Of a stretch of 64,000 nucleotides of DNA, positions 39,920 to 49,740 are shown piece after piece. Position numbers and translations under genes: made by a program. A model generated the notes under the pieces. It was not told the DNA's origin. It worked only from the letters and a program-made list of their open reading frames with translations, and made no database searches. This DNA comes from Candidatus Binatia bacterium (GTDB lineage: Bacteria; Desulfobacterota; Binatia; UTPRO1). The stretch's first letter is position 1; every line of letters begins with the position of its first letter. The DNA lies in contig DASXLI010000018.1 in the NCBI GenBank assembly GCA_036496285.1, forward strand, positions 650-64,649, in the 5' to 3' direction.

Positions 39920-39976
39920 GAACGGGCGCCCGCAGCGCGGTCGCGTCGAGACGCCGGCGCGCCGCCACGCACGGGC

Positions 39977-41164
39977 TCAGCCGCGCGGCAGCTTCAGGAC
40001 ACGCTCGCCGATGATGTTGCGCTGCACCTCGGAGGTGCCCCCGCCGATGGTGAAGGCGCGGACCGCCAGGATGCGCCGCAGCCACTTGGTCGTCTCGTCG
40101 CCGGCGCCGCGCCGGCGGTCGAGCAGGCCCTCCTCGCCGATCAGCTCGCTCGCGAGCTCGACGATGCGCAGGTTGAGCTCGGTGCCGAAGAGCTTCGCGA
40201 CCGACGCCTCCGGGCCAGGCGGCTCGCCCCGGATGCGGCGGGTGACCTGGCGGTACTGCGTGTAGCGCAGCGCCGCGGCCTCGGTGGCGAGGCGTGCCAG
40301 CCGCTCGCGCACCCAGCCGTCCTCGATCGCCGGGCGTCCGTCCAGGACGCGGCGTTGCGCCAGCGTCACGAGCTCGCGGATCAGCCGGTCGAAGGAATAG
40401 ACGGCGCCGAGGCCGACGCGCTCGTACATGAGCGTCGTCATCGCGACCTGCCAGCCCTCGTTCTCGTGCCCGACGAGATTGGCCCGCGGTACGCGCACGT
40501 CCTCGAAGAAGACCTCGTTGAATTCGGCGTCGCCGGTCATCTGCACCAGCGGCCGCACCGTGATGCCGGGGCTCCGCATGTCGACCAGCAGATACGAGAT
40601 GCCGAGATGCTTCCGCGCCGTGGGATCGGTGCGGCAGAGCAGGATGCACCAGTGCGCCCGATGGGCGAGGCTCGTCCACACCTTCTGGCCGTTCACGACG
40701 TAGTCGTCGCCGTCGGCGACGGCGCGGGTCTGGAGGGCGGCGAGGTCGGAGCCGGCGCCGGGCTCGGAGTAGCCCTGGCACCAGATCTCGTCGGCCGAGA
40801 GCATGGTCGGGATGAAGCGCCGCTTCTGCGCCTCCGTGCCCCATTGCATGAGCGTCGGCCCGACCATCATGATCGCGATCGGGTTGATCGGTTGCGGCGC
40901 GTTCGCGCGGCCCATCTCCTCGGCGTAGACGAGCTGCTGCAGCAGGCTGGCGCCGCGGCCGCCGTACTCGCGCGGCCAGTGCAGGCCGACCCAGTTGCCG
41001 GCGTGCATCGCGCGATGCCACGCCAGCATCTTCTCGAAGCGCTGGTCGGGGTCCTGCTCCTCGTCGAGCTCGCCCGGCGCGAAGTGGCGCGGCAGGTGCG
41101 CGGCGAGCCACGCGCGCAGCTCGGCGCGGAACGCCTCCTCCTCGGGTGAGTAGTTGAAGTCCAT
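39977..41164 (-). CDS. Acyl-CoA dehydrogenase.
   Basis: Three-domain architecture: N-terminal helical domain, middle beta domain (CQGYSEPGAGSDLA) and C-terminal helical domain (GGGTSEVQRNII). Confidence 0.85.
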   Translation of the reverse strand: MDFNYSPEEEAFRAELRAWLAAHLPRHFAPGELDEEQDPDQRFEKMLAWHRAMHAGNWVGLHWPREYGGRGASLLQQLVYAEEMGRANAPQPINPIAIMMVGPTLMQWGTEAQKRRFIPTMLSADEIWCQGYSEPGAGSDLAALQTRAVADGDDYVVNGQKVWTSLAHRAHWCILLCRTDPTARKHLGISYLLVDMRSPGITVRPLVQMTGDAEFNEVFFEDVRVPRANLVGHENEGWQVAMTTLMYERVGLGAVYSFDRLIRELVTLAQRRVLDGRPAIEDGWVRERLARLATEAAALRYTQYRQVTRRIRGEPPGPEASVAKLFGTELNLRIVELASELIGEEGLLDRRRGAGDETTKWLRRILAVRAFTIGGGTSEVQRNIIGERVLKLPRG

Positions 41165-41194
41165 CGGAACGGACGCGGCCTGGTGCCGCGACGC

Positions 41195-41764
41195 TCAGTT
41201 GTCCTTGACGCGCGAGAGGTAGGCGCCGCTCTCGGTGTCGACCCGGATCAGGTCGCCGGTCTCGACGAAGTTGGGCACCGGGACCACCAGCCCCGTCTCT
41301 GTGGTCGCCGGCTTCAGCACGTTGGTGACGGTCGCGGTCTTCAGACCGGGGGCGGTATCAGTGACGCGCAGGTCGACGGTCTTCGGGGGCGTGACGCCGA
41401 TCGGCTTGCCCTCGTAGAAATCGACGATCACACGCAGATTCGGGAGCAGATAGGAGGCCACGTCGCCGAGCGCCTCACGACTGAGCGAGATCTGCTCGAA
41501 GTTCTCGGTGTTCATGAGGTGGAAGTCCTCGCCCTCGGCGTAGAGGAACTCCATCTCCTGCTGATCGAGGCTGACCCGGTCGACCTTGTCTTCCGAGCGG
41601 AACCGGTTCTCGGTCTGGGTGCCGGAACGGACCGCGCGCATCTTGGTCTGCACCATGCCGCGCCAGTTGCCGGGCGTGATGTGCACGACCGTCATGATGC
41701 GGTACAGATCGTTGTTGTAGTTGATGAGCATGCCGGCGCGGAGCTGGGTGGCGGGGATCAACAT
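41195..41764 (-). CDS. efp: Elongation factor P.
   Basis: About 189 aa; KPG-type loop region and overall EF-P-like sequence. Confidence 0.9.
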   Translation of the reverse strand: MLIPATQLRAGMLINYNNDLYRIMTVVHITPGNWRGMVQTKMRAVRSGTQTENRFRSEDKVDRVSLDQQEMEFLYAEGEDFHLMNTENFEQISLSREALGDVASYLLPNLRVIVDFYEGKPIGVTPPKTVDLRVTDTAPGLKTATVTNVLKPATTETGLVVPVPNFVETGDLIRVDTESGAYLSRVKDN

Positions 41765-41854
41765 CGTTCCTCCTCGAGTCGGGACAACCCCGAGCGGGTA
41801 CCATTCCCGAGCCGTCGGCGCAACGCGGTGGGACGCGCCGGGGACCGCCGCCGG

Positions 41855-43258
41855 CTACGCCAGCACGGCGGCGAGGTGCTCGGGCAGGCGCGGCGTCGTC
41901 GAGGCCGGCTTGACGAACGTGTCGACGACCTTGCGCGTGTCGTGGATGCGCAGGCGTGCGAAGATGTTGTCGAAGGCGCGCTCGAGATCGGCGCTGATCG
42001 CGTCGCGTGTCGCCACGGGCAAATCCCACATCGCGCGCTTGAACGGGCCGAACGCCTGCTTGCGCGTCTTGTAGTAGAACTGCTGGTCCGACATGCCGGA
42101 CTTGCGCTCGTCGGCGTGCGCCTTGGCGAGGTGCGCGTACATCTCGTCGCGCAGCGCGCGCGGGAACTGCGGATGATCGTAGATCAGGTTCTGGAAGCCG
42201 GTGGCGAGGTGGATCTCCGCGGTCTCGACGTCGGGGAACTTGCCGAAGAGATCCTCGGGCAGGGTGGAGGCGCCGTGCTGCACGGCCCCGGCCATGCCGT
42301 AGTCCTTGCGTGCGATGATCGAGAGCTGCTTCAGGGTGTCGAAGTCGACGGCGACCTTGGCGACCGTACCGTCCGCGAGCGGGACGCCGCCGTGGGTCGT
42401 GCCCGTCTGCACGCTGATCTTGCTGATGCCGTCCGATCCCGGCGCGATCTCGTCCAGGTGGCGGCGGTAGCCGCGCATGTACGCCTGCAGCTCCTCGACC
42501 GTGCTGTTCTTGCCGCCCACCTCACCGATCTCGCCGCCGATCGAGACCGCGACGCCCGCGGGGGTGTGCTTGTGGACGTGCGCGGTGAGCTCCGCGGCAA
42601 TGCGGCAGTTCTCCTCCTGCTGGGCGTCGATGGTCGGGCGCTCGAGCACGACGAGGGTCGAGCTGTCGATGTCGATGTTGAAGAAGCCGGCGGCGAGCGC
42701 CTCCTCGATGAGGGAGCGCAGCGCGGCGAGCTCCTTCTCGCGGTCGCCCTTGTAGAACGCCGACGCGCTCACCTGGAAGTGGTCGCCCTGGATGAAGAGC
42801 GGGCCGCGGAAATCCTCACGGATGGCGGCGGCGGTGACGGCGGCGGTGTACTCCGGCGGGCGCTGCTCCGTGTAGCGGATCTCCGAGCGCGCGATCTCGA
42901 ACACGACCGCGGAGGCGTTGATCTTCTTCGCGGCACGCAGGGCGGCGCGCGTGACGTCGAACGTGAGCGTGCGGATGTTGATCGCCGGCACCGTGAAGCC
43001 GCCGCACTCGCCGCGGCCGCGAGCCTTGTAGAGCGGCAGGATCGACGCCGACATGACGCCGACGGCCTCGCCGGCCTTGCGGATCAGCCACCGGCTGGCG
43101 TCACGCACCTCCGCCTTCTCGGCGAAGATGGCGTGCCGGGCGAGGGCCTCGGCGACCTGCTCGCGCAGGCGTTGCGGGTCCTGCACGGTCACGTTGCCGC
43201 ACCGGTCGACCTGGACGACTCCCTTGATGGTGCTCCGCAGGCTCTGTTCGTCGAACAT
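41855..43258 (-). CDS. Class II (metal-dependent) fructose/ketose-bisphosphate aldolase family protein, long form (about 467 aa).
   Basis: HGGVPLADGT...VDFDTL and ...GAVQHGASTLPEDL regions match class II aldolases. Strong GAGGAGGA Shine-Dalgarno upstream of the ATG at 43258. Confidence 0.65.
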   Translation of the reverse strand: MFDEQSLRSTIKGVVQVDRCGNVTVQDPQRLREQVAEALARHAIFAEKAEVRDASRWLIRKAGEAVGVMSASILPLYKARGRGECGGFTVPAINIRTLTFDVTRAALRAAKKINASAVVFEIARSEIRYTEQRPPEYTAAVTAAAIREDFRGPLFIQGDHFQVSASAFYKGDREKELAALRSLIEEALAAGFFNIDIDSSTLVVLERPTIDAQQEENCRIAAELTAHVHKHTPAGVAVSIGGEIGEVGGKNSTVEELQAYMRGYRRHLDEIAPGSDGISKISVQTGTTHGGVPLADGTVAKVAVDFDTLKQLSIIARKDYGMAGAVQHGASTLPEDLFGKFPDVETAEIHLATGFQNLIYDHPQFPRALRDEMYAHLAKAHADERKSGMSDQQFYYKTRKQAFGPFKRAMWDLPVATRDAISADLERAFDNIFARLRIHDTRKVVDTFVKPASTTPRLPEHLAAVLA

Positions 43259-43382
43259 AGAGCGATCCTCCTCGGGGAATGATGCAGACGCGCCGGTGGC
43301 GTCGGGCCGCGGGACTATATAATCGCGCCCCAGGCGCGTCGACAAGCCGCAAAGCGTGCCGCCACGAGCGGCCTGGCTCGCC

Positions 43383-43877
43383 CTACGGCGCGGCCGCGCC
43401 GGCGGGGATCTGCAGCGCCACCCACACGATCCAGGCGGCCAGGAGGAGATTCAGGATGGAGGCGCTGCGCATGCGACGGATCATGCTCGCGAGCTTCTCC
43501 GGCGGTACGGGGTCGCCCCACTCGACGGCGCGCACGATGCGATGGCCGAGGCCGAACGCGACGTAGGTGACGCCGTTGATGAAGAAGAAGGCGAGGATCA
43601 GCTTCAGGGTGAGCGGCTCGCCGATGCGGGTGAAGAACTCCGAGCGCAGGCGCGCCTTGTAGGCGGTCAGGCTGAACGCGCCGGTCATGACGAGCACGCC
43701 GAGGACGCCGATGACGAGCGGGTTCAGCCGCTTCAGCATGGCGGTCAGGATCTGCAGGCGCTCCTCGTGCGCCTCCACGCGCTCGACCGCCGGCAGCATC
43801 ACGAACACGAAGGCGAGCGTGGCCCCGAAGTAGGCTGCCAGGCTGACGAGGTGCAGCCAGAGGGTCAGGCGGTCCAT
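43383..43877 (-). CDS. Hypothetical membrane protein (4 transmembrane helices).
   Basis: Hydrophobic helices; divergent from the sulfite reductase gene. Confidence 0.45.
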   Translation of the reverse strand: MDRLTLWLHLVSLAAYFGATLAFVFVMLPAVERVEAHEERLQILTAMLKRLNPLVIGVLGVLVMTGAFSLTAYKARLRSEFFTRIGEPLTLKLILAFFFINGVTYVAFGLGHRIVRAVEWGDPVPPEKLASMIRRMRSASILNLLLAAWIVWVALQIPAGAAAP

Positions 43878-44058
43878 CGTCCCCCGTTTCTCCTGCGATT
43901 TCGCGGGCGCGGCACGGCCCGCCGCACGCGGCGCTTCACCTTGACTTGGTGAAACGGGCGACATTAGGTGTCATCATGGTGGTTATGCGGACGCCGGGAA
44001 GAGCGGTCAATCCCGCGGCGCTGCGACACAATTCGAAGGAGCTGACGAAACCGACAGC

Positions 44059-45726
44059 ATGACGAAGCTCACGCCCAGCGACGCGCAGTTCCGTGACGCC
44101 CTGGCCGGTCATCGAGGCCGCGTCGACGCCTTTCGCGCCGGCCGCGTCACCCCCGACGAGTTCCGGCCGATGCGCCTCAGCTACGGCCTCTACTACCAGC
44201 TCGATCACACCAGCTACATGCAGCGCATCAAGGTTCCGGGGGGCCTGCTCACCTCGGCGCAGATGAACCGGCTGAACGACATCGCGGACGCGTACGGCCG
44301 CGGCGTCGGCCACGTCACGACCCGTCAGGACGTGCAGTTCCACTGGGTGCCGCTCGAGGAAGTCTCGAACATGTACGAACGGCTGCACGAGGTCGGCATC
44401 ACGACGCGGGGCGCATGCTCGGACAGCGTGCGTAACGTCACCGCGTGCCCGCACTCGGGCCTCCTCGCCGTCGAGCCCTTCGACGTGAGCCCGTACGCGC
44501 TCGCGATCAACGCGTACTTCCTCTTCAATCCGCTGAACCTCACGCTGCCGCGCAAGTTCAAGATCGCGCTCAGCAACTGCCCGCGCGACTGCGCCCAGGG
44601 CCCGATCAACGACATCGGCCTGTATGCCCACGTCCGCGCCGACGGTACGCCCGGCTTCGCGGTGCACGTCGCGGGCGGCCTCGGGGCGCAGCCGTTCCTC
44701 GCCAAGCCCATGCTCGAGTTCGTGCCGGTCGACGACGTGCTGGTCGTCTGCGAGGCGGTCGTTCGGCTGCAGCATCGCCTGGGCGAGCGCAAGAACCGCA
44801 GCCGCGCGCGCATGAAGTACCTGATGAAGAAGCTCGGGCCGCCGAGGTTCCGCGAGCTGTTCGAGGCCGAGATGGCGCGCGTCGAGGCCACCCGCGGCGC
44901 CATGCTGCGTCGCGAGCTGCAGGCGGCCGTCGAGGCCTATCGCGTGCCGCCCCCGCGCCAGGCGGCGGCGCCGGCGGTCGCGAGCAACGGCGCCGCGGGC
45001 TACGCCGCGTGGCGGGTCACGAACTGCGCCGTGCAGCGTGAGACCGGCTACTACGCCGTCACGGTGACCGTGCCGTTCGGCGACTACAGCACCGACCAGG
45101 GGCGCGCGCTCGCCGCGCTGGCCGACGAGTACGGCAACGGCACGCTGCGCACCACCAACGAGCAGAACTTCGTCCTGCCGTACGTGAGCGGTGCCGCGCT
45201 GCCGGCGGTCTATCATCGCCTGGACGAGATCGGCCTCGGGGAGGCCTACGCCAATCATCTGACCGACGTCGTCTCGTGCCCGGGCGCCGACTACTGCAGC
45301 CTGGCGGTGACGCGCTCGATGGGCATGGCGGAGCGCATCCGCGACCACCTGGCGGGGATCGGCCTTGCGCCGGCGGAGCTCGGCGAGCTGCACGTCAAGA
45401 TCAGCGGCTGTCCGAACTCGTGCGGCCAGCACCACGTCGGCGATTTCGGGCTGACCGGCATGCTGATCAAGGGCACCGACGGCAAGGAGCGCCCGCACTA
45501 CTCGATCCTCGTCGGCGGCAGCGTCGGCGAGGAGGGCTCGGGCCTCGGCCAGCGCCTCGGCGGACGCTACCCGGAGGAGACCGCGCCGCAGGCGATCGTT
45601 GCGGTCGCGCGCTGCTACCAGAAGGAGCGCGCCGCGGACGAGAGCTTCGCGCAGTTCATCCGCCGCGTCGGCGTCGATCACGTGACCACGGCGGCGCGCG
45701 CCGCGGTTCCCGACAGCGTCCGATGA
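44059..45726 (+). CDS. Ferredoxin-type sulfite/nitrite reductase hemoprotein (siroheme + 4Fe-4S).
   Basis: Duplicated NiR/SiR ferredoxin-like and hemoprotein domains; cluster Cys in CPGADYCSLA and GCPNSCGQHH. Confidence 0.85.
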   Translation: MTKLTPSDAQFRDALAGHRGRVDAFRAGRVTPDEFRPMRLSYGLYYQLDHTSYMQRIKVPGGLLTSAQMNRLNDIADAYGRGVGHVTTRQDVQFHWVPLEEVSNMYERLHEVGITTRGACSDSVRNVTACPHSGLLAVEPFDVSPYALAINAYFLFNPLNLTLPRKFKIALSNCPRDCAQGPINDIGLYAHVRADGTPGFAVHVAGGLGAQPFLAKPMLEFVPVDDVLVVCEAVVRLQHRLGERKNRSRARMKYLMKKLGPPRFRELFEAEMARVEATRGAMLRRELQAAVEAYRVPPPRQAAAPAVASNGAAGYAAWRVTNCAVQRETGYYAVTVTVPFGDYSTDQGRALAALADEYGNGTLRTTNEQNFVLPYVSGAALPAVYHRLDEIGLGEAYANHLTDVVSCPGADYCSLAVTRSMGMAERIRDHLAGIGLAPAELGELHVKISGCPNSCGQHHVGDFGLTGMLIKGTDGKERPHYSILVGGSVGEEGSGLGQRLGGRYPEETAPQAIVAVARCYQKERAADESFAQFIRRVGVDHVTTAARAAVPDSVR

Positions 45727-46007
45727 CCGCGCGCGACGAGCTGGCCGAGCCGCCGGCGGCCGCTCGTCCCGACGACGCCGATCCGCGCGACCGGTTCCAT
45801 CGCGGCGTGCTCATGCGCCTGCGGCCCGGAAGCCAGACGGGGCTCGTGCGCACCGGCAACGGACGCGAGATCGAGTTCGCGCTGCGCGACATCCGCCTGC
45901 TCGGCGCCGCGGACGGCTTCGCCGGCCTGCGCGAGGGCATGGAGGTCGGCTTCGACCTCGGCTGGACGTCGCGTGGCGTGCGCGTGACGATGCTCAAGGT
46001 CTGGTGA
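45723..46007 (+). CDS. Small hypothetical protein translationally coupled to the sulfite reductase.
   Basis: ATG overlaps the reductase stop (ATGA); 94 aa. Confidence 0.4.
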   Translation: MTARDELAEPPAAARPDDADPRDRFHRGVLMRLRPGSQTGLVRTGNGREIEFALRDIRLLGAADGFAGLREGMEVGFDLGWTSRGVRVTMLKVW

Positions 46008-46026
46008 GCGTCGCTCGGCGCGCCGC

Positions 46027-46851
46027 TCAGAGCGGCAGCGACGTCCGGTAGAGCAGGAAGCGCCCGAGCATCTCGCCGACGACGGTCGTCAGCAGGGCGA
46101 CGTAGAAGAGCCCGGTCGCCGCCATCGTCTGCGGGATGGCGAGCGTCCGCCAGATCATCCACGCGATCGCCAGCGCGGGGATCGGCCCGAGGCCGAGGCG
46201 GGTCCAGAGCAGCTCGCGGTGGTCGGTCCAGAGCGCGTGGAGGGCGCTGCTCGTCGCCGCGCCCCCAGCGAGCTGGAGGAGGGCGAGGGAGAGCGCCAGG
46301 GTGCCGAGCTGGAGGAGCAGGCTCGTACGGTAGAGCCGCCAGATGCGCACGAACGGCGCGAGCGGCATGCCGACGTCGATCAGGTACCAGTGGCCGAGCA
46401 GCATGCCGCAGGCGGTCGCGCCGAGAAGGAGCGCCGAGACGAGGAAGCTGAGCGGGTAGAGGAGGGTCTCGAGCGACCAGGGCGGTGCCTGCGAGAAGTG
46501 CAGGGCGCTCGCGACGAGCGCGCAGAGGCCGCTCACGAGCGTGGCGACGTAGGCGACGGCGCGGCGGCGATACGGGTCGCCCCAGAGCGACGCGACGTAG
46601 ACGCTCGCGGCGAGCGCGAAGACCGACCAGCCGCCGACCTCGAGGAGCGGCGCGCCCGTGGTGGCGCCTCCGCTCGACCGCCCGACCAGGGCCAGCTCGC
46701 CGAGGCTGATGCAGAGCGCGCTCGCCAGGAAGACGGCGGCGCTCGACTTGTAGAAGCCGCGCTCGATGTCGTGGAACGGCAGCTGCCCGAGCGCGAAGAA
46801 CCCCCCGACCGCGAGCTGTCCGAACACCAGGAGGAAGCAGTGGGCGAACAT
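46027..46851 (-). CDS. Hypothetical polytopic membrane protein.
   Basis: About 8 hydrophobic helices. Start at MFAHCF inside track ORF 46027..46965. Confidence 0.5.
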   Translation of the reverse strand: MFAHCFLLVFGQLAVGGFFALGQLPFHDIERGFYKSSAAVFLASALCISLGELALVGRSSGGATTGAPLLEVGGWSVFALAASVYVASLWGDPYRRRAVAYVATLVSGLCALVASALHFSQAPPWSLETLLYPLSFLVSALLLGATACGMLLGHWYLIDVGMPLAPFVRIWRLYRTSLLLQLGTLALSLALLQLAGGAATSSALHALWTDHRELLWTRLGLGPIPALAIAWMIWRTLAIPQTMAATGLFYVALLTTVVGEMLGRFLLYRTSLPL

Positions 46852-46969
46852 CGGCACGCGGCGGCGACAGTAAACGACGCTCGGCGAGGAGACAACGCGC
46901 GGCGGTGCGGCGGCGGATGCCCCCCGCTGTTGAAAATGGGGCAGGGCTGTAATAAGCCTCGACACTTAG

Positions 46970-47317
46970 ATGGAGGACCGGGCGCGGATCCTTGAGGATC
47001 GGGTCGAGGATCTGACGCGCGCAATCGCGACGACGATCAACGAAGCCGACGTCCCGGAGCGGCCGGACATCCGGAGCGAGCTCCGGGACTTTGCGATCAC
47101 ATTGCTGAAGGAGTCGGTCGTTCTCCCGGAGGCGACGACGGGTGCAGCGGAGGGAGCCGGGAGCGCGTTCAATCCGTTGGCGATGGGTATCCCGCTCTTC
47201 TTCGCGGGAGTGGTGTTGTTCTTCCTGTTTCCGCCGGTCGGCATGATGTTGTTCGTAGCCTCGGTGGTGATGATGGTGTGGGGGCTGATTGCTTCGATGG
47301 TGACGCGACGGCGGTGA
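46970..47317 (+). CDS. Small membrane-anchored hypothetical protein.
   Basis: C-terminal double transmembrane segment. Confidence 0.35.
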   Translation: MEDRARILEDRVEDLTRAIATTINEADVPERPDIRSELRDFAITLLKESVVLPEATTGAAEGAGSAFNPLAMGIPLFFAGVVLFFLFPPVGMMLFVASVVMMVWGLIASMVTRRR

Positions 47318-47414
47318 GGAGCGAACGGCCCGTCGAAGGCGGGGACGTCAGGGCCCTGCCTGGTCCTTCCACGACATAGCGGACATAGCAGCGATACAGC
47401 GGAGAAGCGTCGGT

Positions 47415-48020
47415 ATGGCCAAGGCCGAGAAGCAGCTCACGGAAGCGGATCTCAAGGAGCTCGAGGAGCGCCGTCGCGCCGAGCAGGTTCGCGAGCGCGC
47501 GAAGCGCGAGCGCGAAAAGGCCCAGCTCGGGAGCCTCTGGTCGCGGCGCGACTTCATGGGGCGCGCCGCCTGGGGCGTGTTCACGGCGTTCACCGGCATC
47601 ACGCTCCTCGGCTTCATGCGCTCCGCGTTCCCGCGCATCCTGTTCCAGCCGCCGACGAAATTCAAAGCCGGCTTTCCGAAGGACTTCACGGTCGGCGAGA
47701 TCAGCGAGAAGTTCAAGAAGGACTTCCGCGTCTGGATCATCCGGACGGAGGAGGGGTTCTACGCGCTCTTCGCCAAGTGCACGCACCTCGGCTGCACGCC
47801 GCGCTGGCTCGCGGCCGAGAACAAGTTCAAGTGCCCGTGCCACGGCAGCGGCTTCTACAAGACCGGCATCAACTTCGAGGGGCCGGCGCCGCGCCCCCTC
47901 GAGCGCCTGCGCATCACGCTCGCCGAGGACGGCCAGATCGTCGTCGACAAGGGCGTGAAGTACCTCTACGAGAAGGGCGATTGGACCAAGCCCGGCGCGT
48001 TTCTCAAGTTCTCGGCCTAG
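47415..48020 (+). CDS. Rieske [2Fe-2S] protein of a cytochrome bc/b6f-type complex.
   Basis: CTHLGCTP and CPCHGSGF boxes, plus an N-terminal transmembrane anchor. Confidence 0.85.
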   Translation: MAKAEKQLTEADLKELEERRRAEQVRERAKREREKAQLGSLWSRRDFMGRAAWGVFTAFTGITLLGFMRSAFPRILFQPPTKFKAGFPKDFTVGEISEKFKKDFRVWIIRTEEGFYALFAKCTHLGCTPRWLAAENKFKCPCHGSGFYKTGINFEGPAPRPLERLRITLAEDGQIVVDKGVKYLYEKGDWTKPGAFLKFSA

Positions 48021-48032
48021 GGAGCCACGGAC

Positions 48033-48800
48033 ATGGCATGGGATGACATCAAGCGGCAGATCACCGAGTCGGACGTCTGGCAGTCGATGTTCCGGCACGG
48101 CTACGAGGATACGCCCCGCAACCGCATCTTGATGGTGTCGGGCAATGTCTGGCTGCACCTCCACCCGTCCAAGGTCCGGCGCCATGCCGTCCGCATGCGC
48201 TTCACCTGGTGCATGGGCGGCATCACCTTCCTCATGTTCCTGGTGACGACGGTCACCGGCGTCTATCTGATGTTCTACTACCGGCCGACGGCAGAGTACG
48301 CGTACGCGGACATGAAGTATCTCGAGTTCGACATGCCGTTCGGGATGCTCATGCGGAACATGCACCGCTGGGCGGCCCACGCCATGGTCATCGCGGTCTG
48401 GCTACACATGTTCCGTGTGTTCCTCACGGGATCGTACAAGCCGCCGCGGGAGTTCAACTGGGTCGTCGGCGTCATCCTGCTCGTGCTGACGCTGCTCCTC
48501 AGCTTCACCGGCTACCTGCTGCCGTGGGATCAGCTGTCGATCTGGGCCGTGACCGTCGGCTCGAACATGGCGCGCGCCACACCGTTCCTCGGTCACGAGG
48601 GCCCCGGCCACGAGCTGATGGGCGTCAACCCGATCTACGACGCGCGCGCCTTCATCTTCGGTGGCGGCGAGATCGGCCCGCACACCCTGATGCGCTTCTA
48701 CATCCTGCACTGCATCTTCTTCCCGCTGGTCACCAGCCTCTTCCTCGCCGTGCACTTCTGGCGCATCCGTCGTGACGGCTTTTCCGGGCCGCCGCTCTAA
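48033..48800 (+). CDS. Cytochrome b6-like (N-terminal half of split cytochrome b).
   Basis: Four transmembrane helices with paired heme-ligating His residues (helix B and helix D). The WAAHAMVIAVWLHMFRVFLTGSYKPPRE signature is present. Confidence 0.85.
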   Translation: MAWDDIKRQITESDVWQSMFRHGYEDTPRNRILMVSGNVWLHLHPSKVRRHAVRMRFTWCMGGITFLMFLVTTVTGVYLMFYYRPTAEYAYADMKYLEFDMPFGMLMRNMHRWAAHAMVIAVWLHMFRVFLTGSYKPPREFNWVVGVILLVLTLLLSFTGYLLPWDQLSIWAVTVGSNMARATPFLGHEGPGHELMGVNPIYDARAFIFGGGEIGPHTLMRFYILHCIFFPLVTSLFLAVHFWRIRRDGFSGPPL

Positions 48801-48818
48801 GGGATCCGGGGGACTCCG

Positions 48819-48899
48819 ATGCGCGTCCTGGTCCTGCCCATCGTGTTCGGCCTCATCCTCTGGGTGATGTACATCGCGGCCAAGCCGCGTGGAGAGTGA
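48819..48899 (+). CDS. Unlisted 26-aa single-TM mini-ORF between the cyt b6 and subunit IV genes; candidate small bc-complex subunit.
   Basis: Encodes MRVLVLPIVFGLILWVMYIAAKPRGE. Its stop overlaps the GTG start of the downstream gene. A GGGGGA Shine-Dalgarno-like motif lies upstream. Confidence 0.35.
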   Translation: MRVLVLPIVFGLILWVMYIAAKPRGE

Positions 48900-49726
48900 G
48901 CATGGTGGAAGAACGAGCCGCGTTACAGGCCGTCGCGGGCGGCGCCGCCGCCAAGCGCATCGAGGTGCCGATCCGCAAGGCGCAGGGTCCCGGCGACGAC
49001 AAGATCCACACCTGGCCGTATCTCGTCCGGTCGGAGTTCATCTGCGCGATCCTCGTGCTGGTGGTCCTCATCGTGTGGTCGCTCCTTTCGGATGCGCCGC
49101 TCGAGGAGCCCGCCAACCCGACCAAGACGCCGAACCCGTCGAAGGCGCCGTGGTACTTCCTCGGCCTGCAGGAGATGCTGGTCTTCTTCGACCCGTGGCA
49201 CGCCGGCGTGACGCTGCCGAGCCTGATCATCGTCGGGCTGATGGTGCTGCCGTACATCGACATCAACCCGAAGGGGAACGGCTACTACTGCTTCAACGAC
49301 CGCAAGTACGAGATCATGACCTTCTTCCTCGGCTTCCACATCCTGTGGGTGTCGTTGATCATCATCGGCACGTTCCTGCGCGGGCCGGGCTGGAACTGGT
49401 TCTGGTTCTGGGAGCCGTGGGACGTCCACAAGGTCGAGGCGCTGACGTCGGTGAACCTGCCGTACCTCCTCGGCGTGCGGAACCCGACGCTCGACTTCCT
49501 GGTCGGTGCCGCCTTCGTCATCGGCTTCTTCGTCGTCGGCACCGCGGCGATGTACGTATGGATCGTCCGATTGAAGGGCCGCGAGTTCATGCGGCGTTGG
49601 GGTGCGGTGCGGTTCGGCATCACCGCGTTCCTTTTCCTCAACATGTGGGGCGTCGTGCTCAAGATGCTGATGCGCCACCTCGCGTCGGTCAAGTACATAT
49701 GGGCGACGCCGTGGATCAACATCTGA
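48896..49726 (+). CDS. Cytochrome b6f subunit-IV-like (C-terminal half of split cytochrome b), long form.
   Basis: PWYFLGLQEMLVFFDPW (PEWY-type motif); multiple transmembrane helices. Confidence 0.8.
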   Translation: MSMVEERAALQAVAGGAAAKRIEVPIRKAQGPGDDKIHTWPYLVRSEFICAILVLVVLIVWSLLSDAPLEEPANPTKTPNPSKAPWYFLGLQEMLVFFDPWHAGVTLPSLIIVGLMVLPYIDINPKGNGYYCFNDRKYEIMTFFLGFHILWVSLIIIGTFLRGPGWNWFWFWEPWDVHKVEALTSVNLPYLLGVRNPTLDFLVGAAFVIGFFVVGTAAMYVWIVRLKGREFMRRWGAVRFGITAFLFLNMWGVVLKMLMRHLASVKYIWATPWINI

Positions 49727-49740
49727 CGTGACGGCTCGGG

